A stretch of 63,886 nt of DNA from Gracilinanus agilis (Eukaryota): contig NC_058133.1 of NCBI RefSeq assembly GCF_016433145.1, forward strand, positions 392,277,582 through 392,341,467, read 5' to 3'. The notes under the pieces are model-generated. The model was given only the letters and a program-made list of their open reading frames with translations. It searched no databases and had not been told where the DNA came from. This document shows positions 11,876 through 23,029 of the stretch, in pieces. Both the position numbers and the translations under genes were made by a program. Each line of letters begins with the position of its first letter. Position 1 is the stretch's first letter.

Positions 11876-12429
11876 AACTCTCCCATCTTTTCTGGACATA
11901 ATTGACAGGGAAGCTTAAGGTAATATGGACAGCTATCATCACCCCCTTAAAATGAAATGGATATCTTAGAACTCTCTGAAGAGTTATTCTCTCATTCCCT
12001 TTTTCCAATGCCCTGTATTGTGGGATTATGTGCAAATCATCAAAACCCTTGAGAAAGATTGTTCCCATTACTGATTAATAATAGAGCTGAGGGAATTTGG
12101 TGGAAACTTTTAGAAGCAACTGATCAACTGCTGTGCCCAGAGAACACCTTCAATATAGGCCAGAGGAGAGGTTGTGCTTGAAGAAAGAAGTCAAGTAATC
12201 TCTGCTATTTCAGATAAAGAAAACTTTGCAGAATAATTTGCTGAGGTGTTGCGCTTGTGACTGGGGACCCTTTGGGTATTGAGAGCACCGTTCCTGGACA
12301 ACAAGAGACAAGGTGTTCTTGTGTTCACCTTCATCTTGGAAACTGCCTTTACCACCATGCTTAAATAATCTCCTCACACTGGGATGTCCTTCCCCCACTG
12401 TAGTTCCTTTGATGGGTCAATTCCAGGGC

Positions 12430-13400
12430 CTCAGTCAATCAGTAAGTTAATAGACATTTTTGTGTCTGATATGTACTGGGTAGCCAGTGGCTCAGTGGAA
12501 GGAGCTCTGGGACTAGAGTCAGGAAGACTGGAATTCATATTTGGTCTCAGACACTCACTAACTATGTGACCCTGTACAAATCATTTAACTTCTATTTGTC
12601 TTAATCCACTGGAGAAGGAAATGGCAAAGGATTCCAGTATCTTTGCCAAGAAAACCCCATACAAAGTCACAAAGAGTTGGACACTATTGAATGACTGAAC
12701 AACAATGTTCTAAGCATTAGGGATACAAAAAAAAGAGAATAAAAAGGTCTTTCAAGGAGTTTCCTCAAAGAGGTCACAATCTAATATGGAAGAAAATAAG
12801 TAAACAAATGTGTACAAACAAGCTATATGCAGGGTATAGAGAAAGTAATTAAAAGAGGGGGGACACTAGAATTAAGAGGGTTTGGGAAAGACTTCCTATA
12901 GATGATGGAAATGAGTAGGGAGAGTATCCCAGGCATTGAGCATGGACAGAGGAAATGCCCAAAGCTGAGAGATAATATATCTTTTTCCAGAACAGAGAAG
13001 AGGCTCGTGCCACTGGATCAAAGAGTATATGGAGGCCCAGAGGCTATGTGTGATCGACCAATCCTTTATTAATAGATCAAATGCTTCTGTTAATAAGTTA
13101 TGTTATTCTGGGGATTGATGGTGGGGTTAAGGGTAGTAAGATATAAGAAGACTGGGAGAAAGGAGCATTATATTATGGAGACAATAGAGAGCCACTGGAA
13201 ATTAGTGAATTGGGGGTCTGGCATAGTTGGATCTGACGTTTTGGATAATCACTTCGGTGGATAAATAGAAGACGTATTAGAGGGGGAGAGACTTGAAGCA
13301 GGCAGACCTACCAGCAGGCCCTTGCAACAGTCCAGATTTGAAATGATGAGGAACTGCAGCAGAGTGGTGGTAGTGGCAGAGGAGAGAAGGAAGTATCTTG
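12430..13400 (-). mobile_element. L2 3' region interrupted by MAR1
   Basis: agtcaatcagtaag...gacattttt, then ctaagcattagggatacaaa...cctcaaagaggtcacaatctaat and gaagcaggcagaccta: typical L2 3' sequence. Confidence 0.75.
12477..12705 (+). mobile_element. MAR1 SINE
   Basis: CORE-SINE head plus RTE-like tail ggagaaggaaatggcaaaggattccagtatctttgccaagaaaacccc...atgactgaacaacaa. Confidence 0.85.
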
Positions 13401-15231
13401 GAGAAGTGCATTTTAAAGAAGAGTCCCCAGGCCACCATGCTCATTCTTTTACTCTGTTCTGAACCCCCATTCCTGATTCTCTGTACTTCTTTCTCTACCA
13501 TGTCCTCCTATGACTACCTCCTCCCCTTCGCCATGGATTTCAGTTTCCTATTATATGCTGACTTCTCCCTTCCTTTTATTTTCTACAAATTACCTTTCAG
13601 GATGGACTTTCAATTAGATTTTGTAGAGGGGCAGAATGATTATCCTTGTCATTTAGTACAGTCTTGAAAATTACTTTGTGATTTTGCTAAAATGTGTGGG
13701 TGCACAAGTAACATGTGAAGTGGGGTGAGAGGGAGTTCTGTGTTCTGTGCTACTAAGATTTTTACCAGTATACCAGCTTTAGCACCACCACTACTACCCC
13801 CAATAAGGGCCTCAGAGAACTTTAATGTAAGCATTTGAGACCATGGTACATGGCTCTGGAGCCCTCAGGGGCTAAAATAAAAAGGGAGACCTCAAAATTT
13901 GTATTCTAGTTCTGAGGCAATTTATACAAGAGAGCACACAGAATTCAACAGTGAATGAATTTGAACCCACAAGGTGCTCAACACTAACCAAAGATATATT
14001 CTCCAAGTCTATTCTGAGAGCCATGTTAGGAGAAAATAGACGGTAATTTCCTCTTACAGTTGCCTTACTCGAAGAAGGAAAAGATGATTATCTAGTCCAA
14101 TATGACTTCTTAAGATGACTCCCAAAAGCTGGAAGTACCTTTATGGAATTTAGGGGGCTACTAACAAAGTCTAACAAAACTGGACAATACAATGCACCAT
14201 TTCCTACGTATATATGGTTGAGGCATTATGCAAAGGATGTTTGACATATGATATTTGGGAAGCTATTCCAAAACCAGAGATTGAGGGAAAATAAAAAAGC
14301 TGATATTGTAGCTAGAGATAAAGAACAGAAGGGTACCAAAGAAGGAAAAGGTAAAAAGTTTAAAATTTAATCCATCTGTCATTATTTATGTACATTTCTA
14401 TGCCAAATACCACTTTATGACAAATTGTTGTCCTCAAAAGCTTAATAAGCGGGCTATGTTTAGACAAGCTTGTAAGAGCTAAAGCTATAGAATGCTACTA
14501 ATTGATGTTGTCAAGCAAATGAGAGCAAGTTTTCCCTGGAGTTTCCTTTCAGTACTTCCTTCAATTCTCTAGGCTGCAAACTCTAAAGATGCCTTATTTG
14601 CATAATTTCAACATTTTGCCTCTTGGCTTGTTACTGCATCAGGGAAATATGGAGGCATGTAAATGTGATAAACATTAGCCCATGAAAGTGAACTCACCCT
14701 TCTCAAACTGCAGTGAATTCCTTTAATCTGCAGTGATCTTTCCCCCCTCCACTGAGCTAATTACTACTTTCAGGTCAATCTGAGGGTCATATCATAAACA
14801 GGTTAGAACTAGGAAGACAACAATAAATTCGGAGCTGAAATCAATTTTTGGATAAATGCGGTTAAAAAAACATATACGAGGGAAAGGGACTTCATGACTT
14901 TGTTTTGTTCTAAATTAGAATTTGTTCTAAATTTTTCATTTGTTTACCTGGTAAGACCTGATGCAAATTTTTTCCCTCCCACTGACAACATGGAAAGGTT
15001 TTACCTAAAAGAAGACAATTGCCTCTAGAACTTGAGTGGCCTCAGTTTCCTTCTCCATTCCCCTTCCTACCTACTCTCTATTCCAACTTGAGCTAGGCCC
15101 AGGACAAAGTTGTCCCTACAATCTTTTCAGCCTTAATTTCCCTGTTATAGCTTCCTGGTCATCTAGGAACATAAAAAATCCTAAGCATGTAGAATCTGGG
15201 CATCTGAGACCTTTTTATTTTATTGTTTATT

Positions 15232-15472
15232 TGTTTCAGTGGTGGTTGATGCTTTGTGACTCCATTTGGGTTTTTTTTTGGCAAAGATACTGGATTGGTT
15301 TGCTATTCCTTCTCCAGCCTTTTTTTTTTAATAGATGAGTAAACTGAGACAGACAGGATTAAATGACTTGCCCAGGGACACAGAGCTAGGAAGTATCTGA
15401 GGCCAGATTTGAACTCAAGAAGATCATTAGGCTCTAGGCCCAATGTTCTATCCACTGTACCACCTTGCTGCC
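15232..15472 (-). mobile_element. MAR1 SINE
   Basis: gtttcagtggtggttgatgctttgtgactccatttggg...ggcaaagatactggattggtttgctattccttctccag, then SINE core and head. Confidence 0.85.
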
Positions 15473-16589
15473 CAATACTTCTGAGACATAGTGAGTACTT
15501 AAGACCACATGAGTTTCTTAGGTTGATTATTTACTGATCAGACATTTCCAGATAGAGGTGAGAGCAGCTGAATCCAGAGAAACTAAATGTCCCTGTGTCC
15601 TTGTTCCATGTTTTTACTATGTTAGGGCAAAGTGAATTTTCTCTTGTTAAACATGCAAACATCTTCTGGGTGCCTCATTTTGTTAAAGTTTCAAATCTGA
15701 AACTGAGGGTGCTGGCATTAGAGCTTTGCCTCCAACACCTACAATAACTAAATTTTTCCTATGATAGCTCATTTCTCCTTTGTGTTTGTGTAAATGCTGG
15801 TATAGGTCACTTCAGAGTACAGTCAAAAATGCTTCAGATATGGAGTCAGAGAATCTTGGTTCTGGGCCTCAGTTTCTTTATTTGTAAAACAAGGGAGTTG
15901 AACTTAGCCTCTAAAATTCCTTTCAGCTCAGAATCTATGATCCTATGTGCACACTGATGAAAAGGTCTTGAGAGAGAAAATACTCTGATGTGCTAGCCAG
16001 CTATCTTCACAGAGCCTAGACTAAAGGTAAATTTGTAAGAGAATTCAGAGAGACTGACCAAAGTGTTCCAATTTCTGATGAGCTCAAACATTTTTTCCCC
16101 TTCTTTATCACAGATTATGAATACTGTTGTTAGAATGGCTATTTACTTACTTTTAGTTCAAAGGATATATGGGTCCCAAGATCCTTCTCAAATGAGCACA
16201 TTTCCTTGTTTGTACCAAATTTGAACTTCCCAGTAATTAGTGAATCCCAGCTATTGCTCTGTGTTTTGGAAAAATACTAATTAAAATGAGGACATCATGC
16301 ATTGATGATTCAATACATTTGATCTCCGTATAACCTTCTGCTCTTTTTTTATCCAGCACAACTGTTATTGTAGACTTTGACTTCTGAAATGGGATAATGA
16401 CTTCTAAAATATCTAAGACTTTTTAAAAAAAATTTAACTTAAATCATATCAAGATAATTTCTGTCTTGACAGTCATCAATACCGTTATTGATTTTGTTTT
16501 TTTTTCTTTCACTCCCTCAACACTTTGAAGCAGCTGATATATATCATTGATACCTATTAATATTTTTGAACACCCACGGGGTACATGTA

Positions 16590-16800
16590 GCCACAGGGTA
16601 CATGTAGGAATGTATTAGAGTTTTCTGTGAGCATTTATAACTTAGAAATTGGCAAGTTCTAGATATCAAAGCTTGACATGTTGTTTTGTTGATTGTAGAC
16701 TTAAGAAAGTGTTGGAGTAATAATAATGTAAATTAAACTTAAAAGTGTGTCATGGGTATCCTTTTATTCCCCCAAAGCAGATTGTTAAACCTTTTCTAGC
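16590..16800 (+). mobile_element. MER63-like hAT-Blackjack fragment
   Basis: gcttgacatgttgttttgttgattgtagacttaagaaagtg...aattaaacttaaaagtgtgtc resembles the recalled MER63 consensus. Second copy at 59160-59345. Confidence 0.6.
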
Positions 16801-17019
16801 ACCCTCTCACATAACTACTATACATGCCATTAGACTAATATGGTGAGTAGAGATGGAGAAGAAATATTTTCTGTGAACCTTATATAGTCAGAAAAAAATA
16901 AGTAAATTCACAACCAAGATAAATATATATGACTGTAGAAGGCTTTCTGATCAGGGCCAGGCCCTTTTTGATTATCAGGGCATTAATCATTTAGCTGTCA
17001 ATCAAATATTCATTTCTAC

Positions 17020-17186
17020 TTGGAAATGGGAGGTCTCGGTTTCAAATGTGACTTCATATTCTTCCTAATTGTATGACTCTGGGAAAATCAGTTAAACCCA
17101 ATTACCTAGCCCTTCTTCACTGCTCTTCTGTCTTGGGATCTACTTAGTATCTATTTTAAGACAGAAAGTAAGGAGTTTTTTAAAAT
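17020..17186 (+). mobile_element. Older SINE1-type SINE (5'-eroded)
   Basis: ggaaatgggaggtctcggtttcaaat...ttacctagccctt...ttttaagacagaaagtaagg. Confidence 0.75.
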
Positions 17187-17235
17187 CCATTTTCATTTAT
17201 CATAATGACATCTAGCATCAGAGGACACTCTAGGG

Positions 17236-17489
17236 CAAGGGTTCTTAACCTGCAACTATTTTTCATTTTAAAAAACTTAAATTTAAATTTTTGTTTTTGA
17301 TTTAAAATTTTAATTTAATTTCTAAATTTAAAAAATGTTCATTTAATTTATATTTCAATATAATTGGTTTCCTCTGTAATCATAAACATTTTATTTTATC
17401 CATTTAAAAATATTTTCAGAATAAGTTCATATAAGTTTCACCAGACTGCCAAAGGCCTCTATGATCCCAAAATAACTCAAGAACATCTG
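17236..17489 (+). mobile_element. hAT-Charlie-like MITE
   Basis: Ends caagggttcttaac and caagaacatctg. 8-bp TSD ctctaggg (17228-17235) and gtctaggg (17490-17497). Confidence 0.75.
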
Positions 17490-18131
17490 GTCTAGGGTAG
17501 CCTCTCTGTTCCCCATGCTCCTAAATGGTTCTCAGAACAACCATCTTCTAATCACCCTTACTTTTGTCACTACATAGGCAATGTTAACATTCTCCTTGGC
17601 TCGAGGATATGAGTTGGGATTCAACCTATCAGATACATCCTACGAGCTCCCTTCCCATTCTTATATCTGAAAATATTTCCTTTAATGTACTTACAACGAC
17701 ACACCTGCATAAAGGTTTTAATCAGCATGGTAAAAATGAGCTCAAGCAGGTTAACATCAATAAATTCAGCCTATAGGTTCAACAGATTCAGATCCTGTTA
17801 TGGTCTCTGCATCAACTTCCCATTCGCCTCTCCCAATGGCAAATGGGCTAAAAGCCTTCAAGTTCACTTCCCCTGCTATTACTTTCAGAGGGGAGCAGGT
17901 GAGGACATTCTCCCAGGGTTTTTCATTGAGGACAATCCCTCCACAGGTGGTCAATATCCACTGATTTATATAGAGATTCTGAGTGTTTTGCTGGCATTTC
18001 CCAAAGACGGCATGGATAACACAAGCAGGACTGTGTTCAGTGTGCTTTCTTATTATCATTGTATACATTATTACAATACTATTATTGCATGTGTTATTAC
18101 TTATATTATTATCCTGTATATCTTCACTTAC

Positions 18132-18253
18132 AGCGAATTGCACTTCTACTTTCCTTTCCTTCGCCCCATCAAATGCATACATTTTATTTCTGTTTCTGTC
18201 TTGCGAGTGCCAGTTAGGTCTAAAGGAGCTACAGAAAATTATCTATCAGAGGC
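18132..18253 (-). other. Candidate spliced exon (122 nt; alternative donor at 17695) within a unique CpG-retaining block
   Basis: Minus strand: acceptor ccttctctctctttcag|GCC and donor GCT|gtaagt; a second TT|gtaagt donor ends at 17695. Eight CpGs in 17600-18210. No protein recognised. Confidence 0.25.
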
Positions 18254-18478
18254 CTGAAAGAGAGAGAAGGTGCAAACAGGTCATTATTTCCTAATCTTTC
18301 TGCAGCTTTAAATGCATCTCTTTTAAATCTCATCTTCAGGCTCTTCCCTTATTCAAACCCTAGATATGCTTAATGGCCACATTTGCCCTCAAAAATTCAG
18401 TAGACAGTGTATGTAAGTGTTACACTTATGATTGTGTGCATATATATACCTCTAGATATAGATCTGTTACATTTCATG

Positions 18479-18512
<34 letters not shown>
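18479..18512. repeat. (CA)n microsatellite
   Basis: About 16 CA units seen directly. Confidence 0.95.
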
Positions 18513-18517
<5 letters not shown>

Positions 18518-18700
18518 CTATAAAACTCCTTAAGACTAAGACCTTGAGATTAGAAGTGATATAACCAGTGAAGGAAAATTCTGGAACCTGTTGCTGAAAT
18601 AATAGGATTTTATTATTGGGAATTGCAGAAAATATGGGAGTGTGTTTAAATTAAACTTGTTCTTTATCAAACAGATGTTTCCTTTCAAAGTCAGTAATCC

Positions 18701-18740
18701 ATCGATTCTCGGCCTTTTGGCTAAGATCAAGTGTAGTATC
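18701..18740 (+). pseudogene. RNU2: 3'-truncated U2 snRNA retropseudogene (U2 nt 1-40)
   Basis: atcgattctcggccttttggctaagatcaagtgtagtatc matches the U2 5' end (AUCGCUUCUCGGCCUUUUGGCUAAGAUCAAGUGUAGUAUC) with one mismatch. Perfect TSD aaagtcagtaatcc at 18687-18700 and 18741-18754. Confidence 0.97.
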
Positions 18741-19271
18741 AAAGTCAGTAATCCTTGATTTTGGAAAACTTTGAGGTTTCATTTTCCATATTGTAGCAGA
18801 CCCACCTTGGCACATACTAATGGACACTGATGGATGATGAGAATCAACAAAGCAGAAATTCATGATATTAAAAAGTGAGTTATGGAGCAGATACATTGAT
18901 AATATATGTTTCCATTATCAATGAAATCACTGGTTTGGTGAAAAAAAAATGTATATGGAAGGCAGCTTGTTTTTCCTCTCAAGTGTTTCCTTATCCCACT
19001 AGATTAGACAAAGATCAGCCCCAATTAACAAGTGCCTTCTAGGCTGTCTTTTTTTTTTAAAGCTAAATTTCCTGGCATTATTATTGCCATTTTACAGATG
19101 AGATCACTAAAATTCAGAGAAGCTAAATGACTTGCCCAGGATCATGAAGCTTATATAAGTACCAGAGGCAGGATTTAAACTCAATTTTTTCCTAAGAATA
19201 CTCAAATCTATTACCCTTTTTTTAGAGAGCCCTATTTTCATATCTACTTTTTCTGGGGTATTCTTTTTCAT

Positions 19272-19462
19272 AAAACCTTTGCCTTCTATCTTAGAATTGA
19301 TACTAAGTATGGGTTCCAAGGCAAAGGATTAATAAGGGGTAGGAAAATGGACATAAGTGATTTGCCAGGGTCACACAGCTAGAAAGTATCTGAGGTCAAA
19401 TTTAAACCCAAGTCCACTCAAATCCAGTGCTGGTGTTCTATCCACTGTGCTACTTAGCTCCC
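19272..19462 (-). mobile_element. SINE1-type SINE, preceded by a MIR at ~19060-19230
   Basis: aaaacctttgccttctatcttagaattgatac...gccagggtcacacagctagaaagtatctgagg. Confidence 0.8.
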
Positions 19463-19919
19463 GCATTTTTCATAATTCTTCTTGTTTGGGTAGAAAACTA
19501 TGTCCCTGAGGATTACGCAAATTATGGCAAACCACCTACAATGAAGAATGATAGGTTCGAACCAGGTCATCTCTAAGTCTCTTTTCAGGTCAGAGTTCTT
19601 TAATCTCACAGACTACCTGTTCAAAAAATTCTAACATTGATCTATAAATTTTATTATAAATCCACAGACATTGATCCATCAAAAAGTATTTATTAAACAT
19701 AGACTATATGCCAAACACATTGTTAAAGATGGAAATATATAATCAAGAACACACACAAAAAAATCCTTGTCCCAAAGGAGTTTATATACTACTGGAAAAC
19801 ATTCTACATACCTATGATATCATTATCCTGTAAAAATTAGAAAATGAAATAACATTATTAATCCATCTCTTATGAATCCATCATTATATAAATGAAGATA
19901 ATAATAAAAATAGCTAAAG

Positions 19920-20310
19920 TTATTGGGTTCGAATCTTTCCTCTTACACACATTGGCTGTTCGGCAAATCATTTAATATCTCCATGTTCTAGACCAGGGGT
20001 TGGCAACCTTTTTGGCCGTGAGAGCCATAAACGCCACATTTTTTAAAATGTAATTTCGTGAGAGCCGTACAGTGCTCACAGTGCGCACTCCTGTAACAGC
20101 GCCTGAAAAAAAATTGACTTTATGGCTCCTGCAGAAAGAGCCATATCTGGCCCTCAAAAGAGCCAGATATAGCTCGAGAGCAATACGTTGCCAATCCCTG
20201 TTCTAGACAATCCTTTAAGATTATACATTGCATAGGAAGTGTCAATTTCCATTGATAGATTGAGTTATCTTAATTGGAATTCCTCTATATCAAGGAAATC
20301 TCAGGGCCAT
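19920..20310 (+). mobile_element. CORE-SINE interrupted by a hAT MITE
   Basis: gggttcgaatc...aaatcatttaat before the MITE; aatcctttaagattatacattgc...aaggaaatctcaggg after it. Same tail as 6335-6565. Confidence 0.55.
19994..20200 (+). mobile_element. Young hAT MITE (207 bp)
   Basis: Terminal inverted repeats caggggttggcaac and gttgccaatccctg (13/14). Perfect 8-bp TSD ttctagac (19986-19993, 20201-20208). Many CpGs retained. Confidence 0.93.
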
Positions 20311-20366
20311 TCCCATCTCTAAATAATAAGAATAAGAATAATTATAATTATAATTATAATTATAAT

Positions 20367-20566
20367 AGGTGGCTCAGCAGTTAAAGAGTCAGGCCTGGAG
20401 TCAAGAAGTTGTGAGTTCAAATATGACCTCACATGCTCTTCCCACCTGCGTGACCGTGGGCAAGCTACTTAACCCCAACTGTCTAGTCCTTACCACTTTT
20501 CTGCCTTAAAACCAATATTTAGTATCAATTCTAAGACAGAAGTTAAGGTTTTTTTTTTTTAAAAAA
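20367..20566 (+). mobile_element. SINE1-type SINE preceded by an (AATAAG)/(AATTAT) simple repeat
   Basis: aggtggctcagcag...gagttcaaat...aaccccaactgtctagtccttaccacttttctgcc...aattctaagacagaag. Confidence 0.8.
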
Positions 20567-23029
20567 GCATAATAACAATGTTCATGCAATTATAAAAAGC
20601 AGTCCCTCATCCACTTGGGCTAAAGCCCACTAGTTATGAAACATAAAAGGATGATAATAGGGTATCAGCTTGTCCTAAGGCAACTTCTATCTCAACTCTA
20701 CCAAGAAGAATTAAGAACCACTGTCATCATCATCATCACCTTTATTGACATCAGCAACAACTCTTCTTTTCCTTCGTTGACTAGTTATCAGGTAGTCAGG
20801 GCAAACTTTCAGTTCTATAAGGCCAAAGGCAATTTCCCATTTGCATAGTAGTTACATGTACATTATCTCCTCTGGTCCTTACAAGCCTTGTCCATTAGGT
20901 ATAACCAGCACTACTCAAATATTCTACTAGACTAACTGTCCATGTCCTTCCATAAGCTTGCTTGTGGGGGTCCCCTAATACTCTGCAGCTCTTCCTCACC
21001 TTCTTTTGATATCCTGAAGCTATACTAAAACCACACCAGTTTTCCACCACTTATTCCTTAAAAACCTTCTTAGGTGATGGTCTCATTTCCTTTCTAATCA
21101 CACATTTCCATTTTGTTAATAAATTCTCTAAAATTCATAGAGATTAAAATTACTTTCCCAAGACTACATAGAATGTAACTTGTGGATATGACTTCAAGTC
21201 CAGATCTCTTTCTATTATATTATGCTCCCTTGCTTGTAAACTTGGAAATATCTTGACCCTGAACCACCCTGGATGGTAGAGGATTGCTCAAAACTCAATG
21301 GTAATTTCACATCGAAAGCTTATTGTCATTGCCAGGAAAGTAAGAGTGCTTCACTTTGCTTGCTGTTCTACAAAGTTCAGCCCATTGCTTCCTCATGAGC
21401 AATACAAAGAATTGGGAAAATCTGTGAATTCTTCTGGAAAGGGAGGAGAGGCATATGAGATGATTCAAAACTAATGCCAGCAAGTCCCCACAGACAGTGC
21501 CCCCACACCATTCAAAGTGAATCAAGACCTGAATGTCATTCTCTCTCTAACCACCTCTAGCATCCTCCTTTGCTTGTCCCCTAGATTGTGACTACTTTCA
21601 TGAAATCACTCTTCTAGAGACAATAGACAATCACATTCAGGTGGAAACCAGCTCATAAAGCTGGCCAGAGAGTTCTAGGGACTGGCACTGACAATAATTA
21701 AGTTCTCCCTGAGTTGTTATATACCTCTGAGTCATGCCTTAAGCCACCTGTCCAGGTGCCAAGAACATCCAGTCTCCACAGCAGGGAAACAGCAAACTCA
21801 CCCGTTTACACAACAAGATTAACTAGGAGGACAGGTGAGGTCACCTGTACACTTGTGCCAGCATGGCAACCCAAGCTACATTAATTCATTAAATCCCTAC
21901 TTCAGAGCTAGGCTGTGAAGGTTGTGGCTCTGAGGCTACACTGAACTGGCTGGAGCTGCTCACTTTATTAAATACTTTGGAGCTTTGTACAGGCAGTTCT
22001 TGGTGGCTCGAATCAGAGGGGATGGAAAAGCAAGATTAGAAGAAATGGTTGTCAATTTCTAGTCCTCCCTGCTAGCAGATCAAAGAACTTTAATCATGCA
22101 GTATTAATAAAGCCCTTTGGGAAATCACAAGAGAGTACCTTTCTTCAGAATAAACAAGCAGGGCGGAGAATACATTTCCCCCCTCCTGCCTTGCTGATGT
22201 TCCTTAGTGCAAAGATGCATTCAAAGTTCTCTGCGTGGTCACTGAAAAGAGACACTCATATGGATAGGCACCTTTGCTCAAACATGGCACAATGGCAGAC
22301 CTGTATTGAAGCTTATGTCTCTTTCCCATTTAAGCCCCAGGGTTCATTAGTCTGGGTTCCATTCATGCTTTTCAGTATAATTTCTCTTGTAATACCCACA
22401 TTCATACTACCCAAAGCCTCTGGAAACAAGTCAAGAGAGGATTGAGGATGTCAGGAAGAGTCAACCTCGATTTCTAGCTGACCAAGAGAAACAAAATTTA
22501 ATAGTAGGCTATTCAGGAATCCTTATTCTTTTCCCACACTCTTCATGACAATGGTAGCTTGTGAAAATGGTGCCCACTATCAAGTGACCCAAAGAGAGAA
22601 ACAGGTGAGTAGGGTCAGGGGGGACAGTTATGCCATCAAGTTGAAATGTGGAACACCATCAAAAACCCATAGAATCATAGTTCCTTAGCTAGAAGGGAGA
22701 TCAGAGGTCACCTAAGACAATTGCTCCTTTCCTTTGCATTTTATAGATCAGGAAATTGACTCTAAGAGAGGCAAAAAGACTAGAAGTAACAAGGGTTGTA
22801 AGTACAGAACCAGTACTTGAGCCCAAGTCCTCTGACTCCAGGCCAAGTGTTCTTTCTTCTATACCACCACACCTCTAGGGTAAGGAAAGTGAAACCCAAA
22901 GGGTCATGACACTAGAATCAGCAACTCTAATTTGGCCAAGTAACATTGTTGAGGCCTTCCAAGATATTTGCACTATCAGCTCTTCTATCATTTTTGGAGT
23001 TTTCCTTGATTAGTTACCTTCCTTGACAA

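Noticed and set aside
14060-14370. Strong plus-strand acceptor followed by ALLEEGKDDYLVQYDFLR*, faintly like RPL5 LMEEDEDAYKKQF
   Set aside because: The similarity is too short and does not extend in any frame.
17685-18257. 190-aa ORF as a membrane protein
   Set aside because: The hydrophobic I/Y-rich stretch follows from AT-rich tatt repeats, and no family is recognised. The region is kept only as a non-coding candidate.
18701-18740. Functional U2 snRNA gene
   Set aside because: Only 40 nt, lacking the Sm site and 3' stems, and bounded by a TSD.
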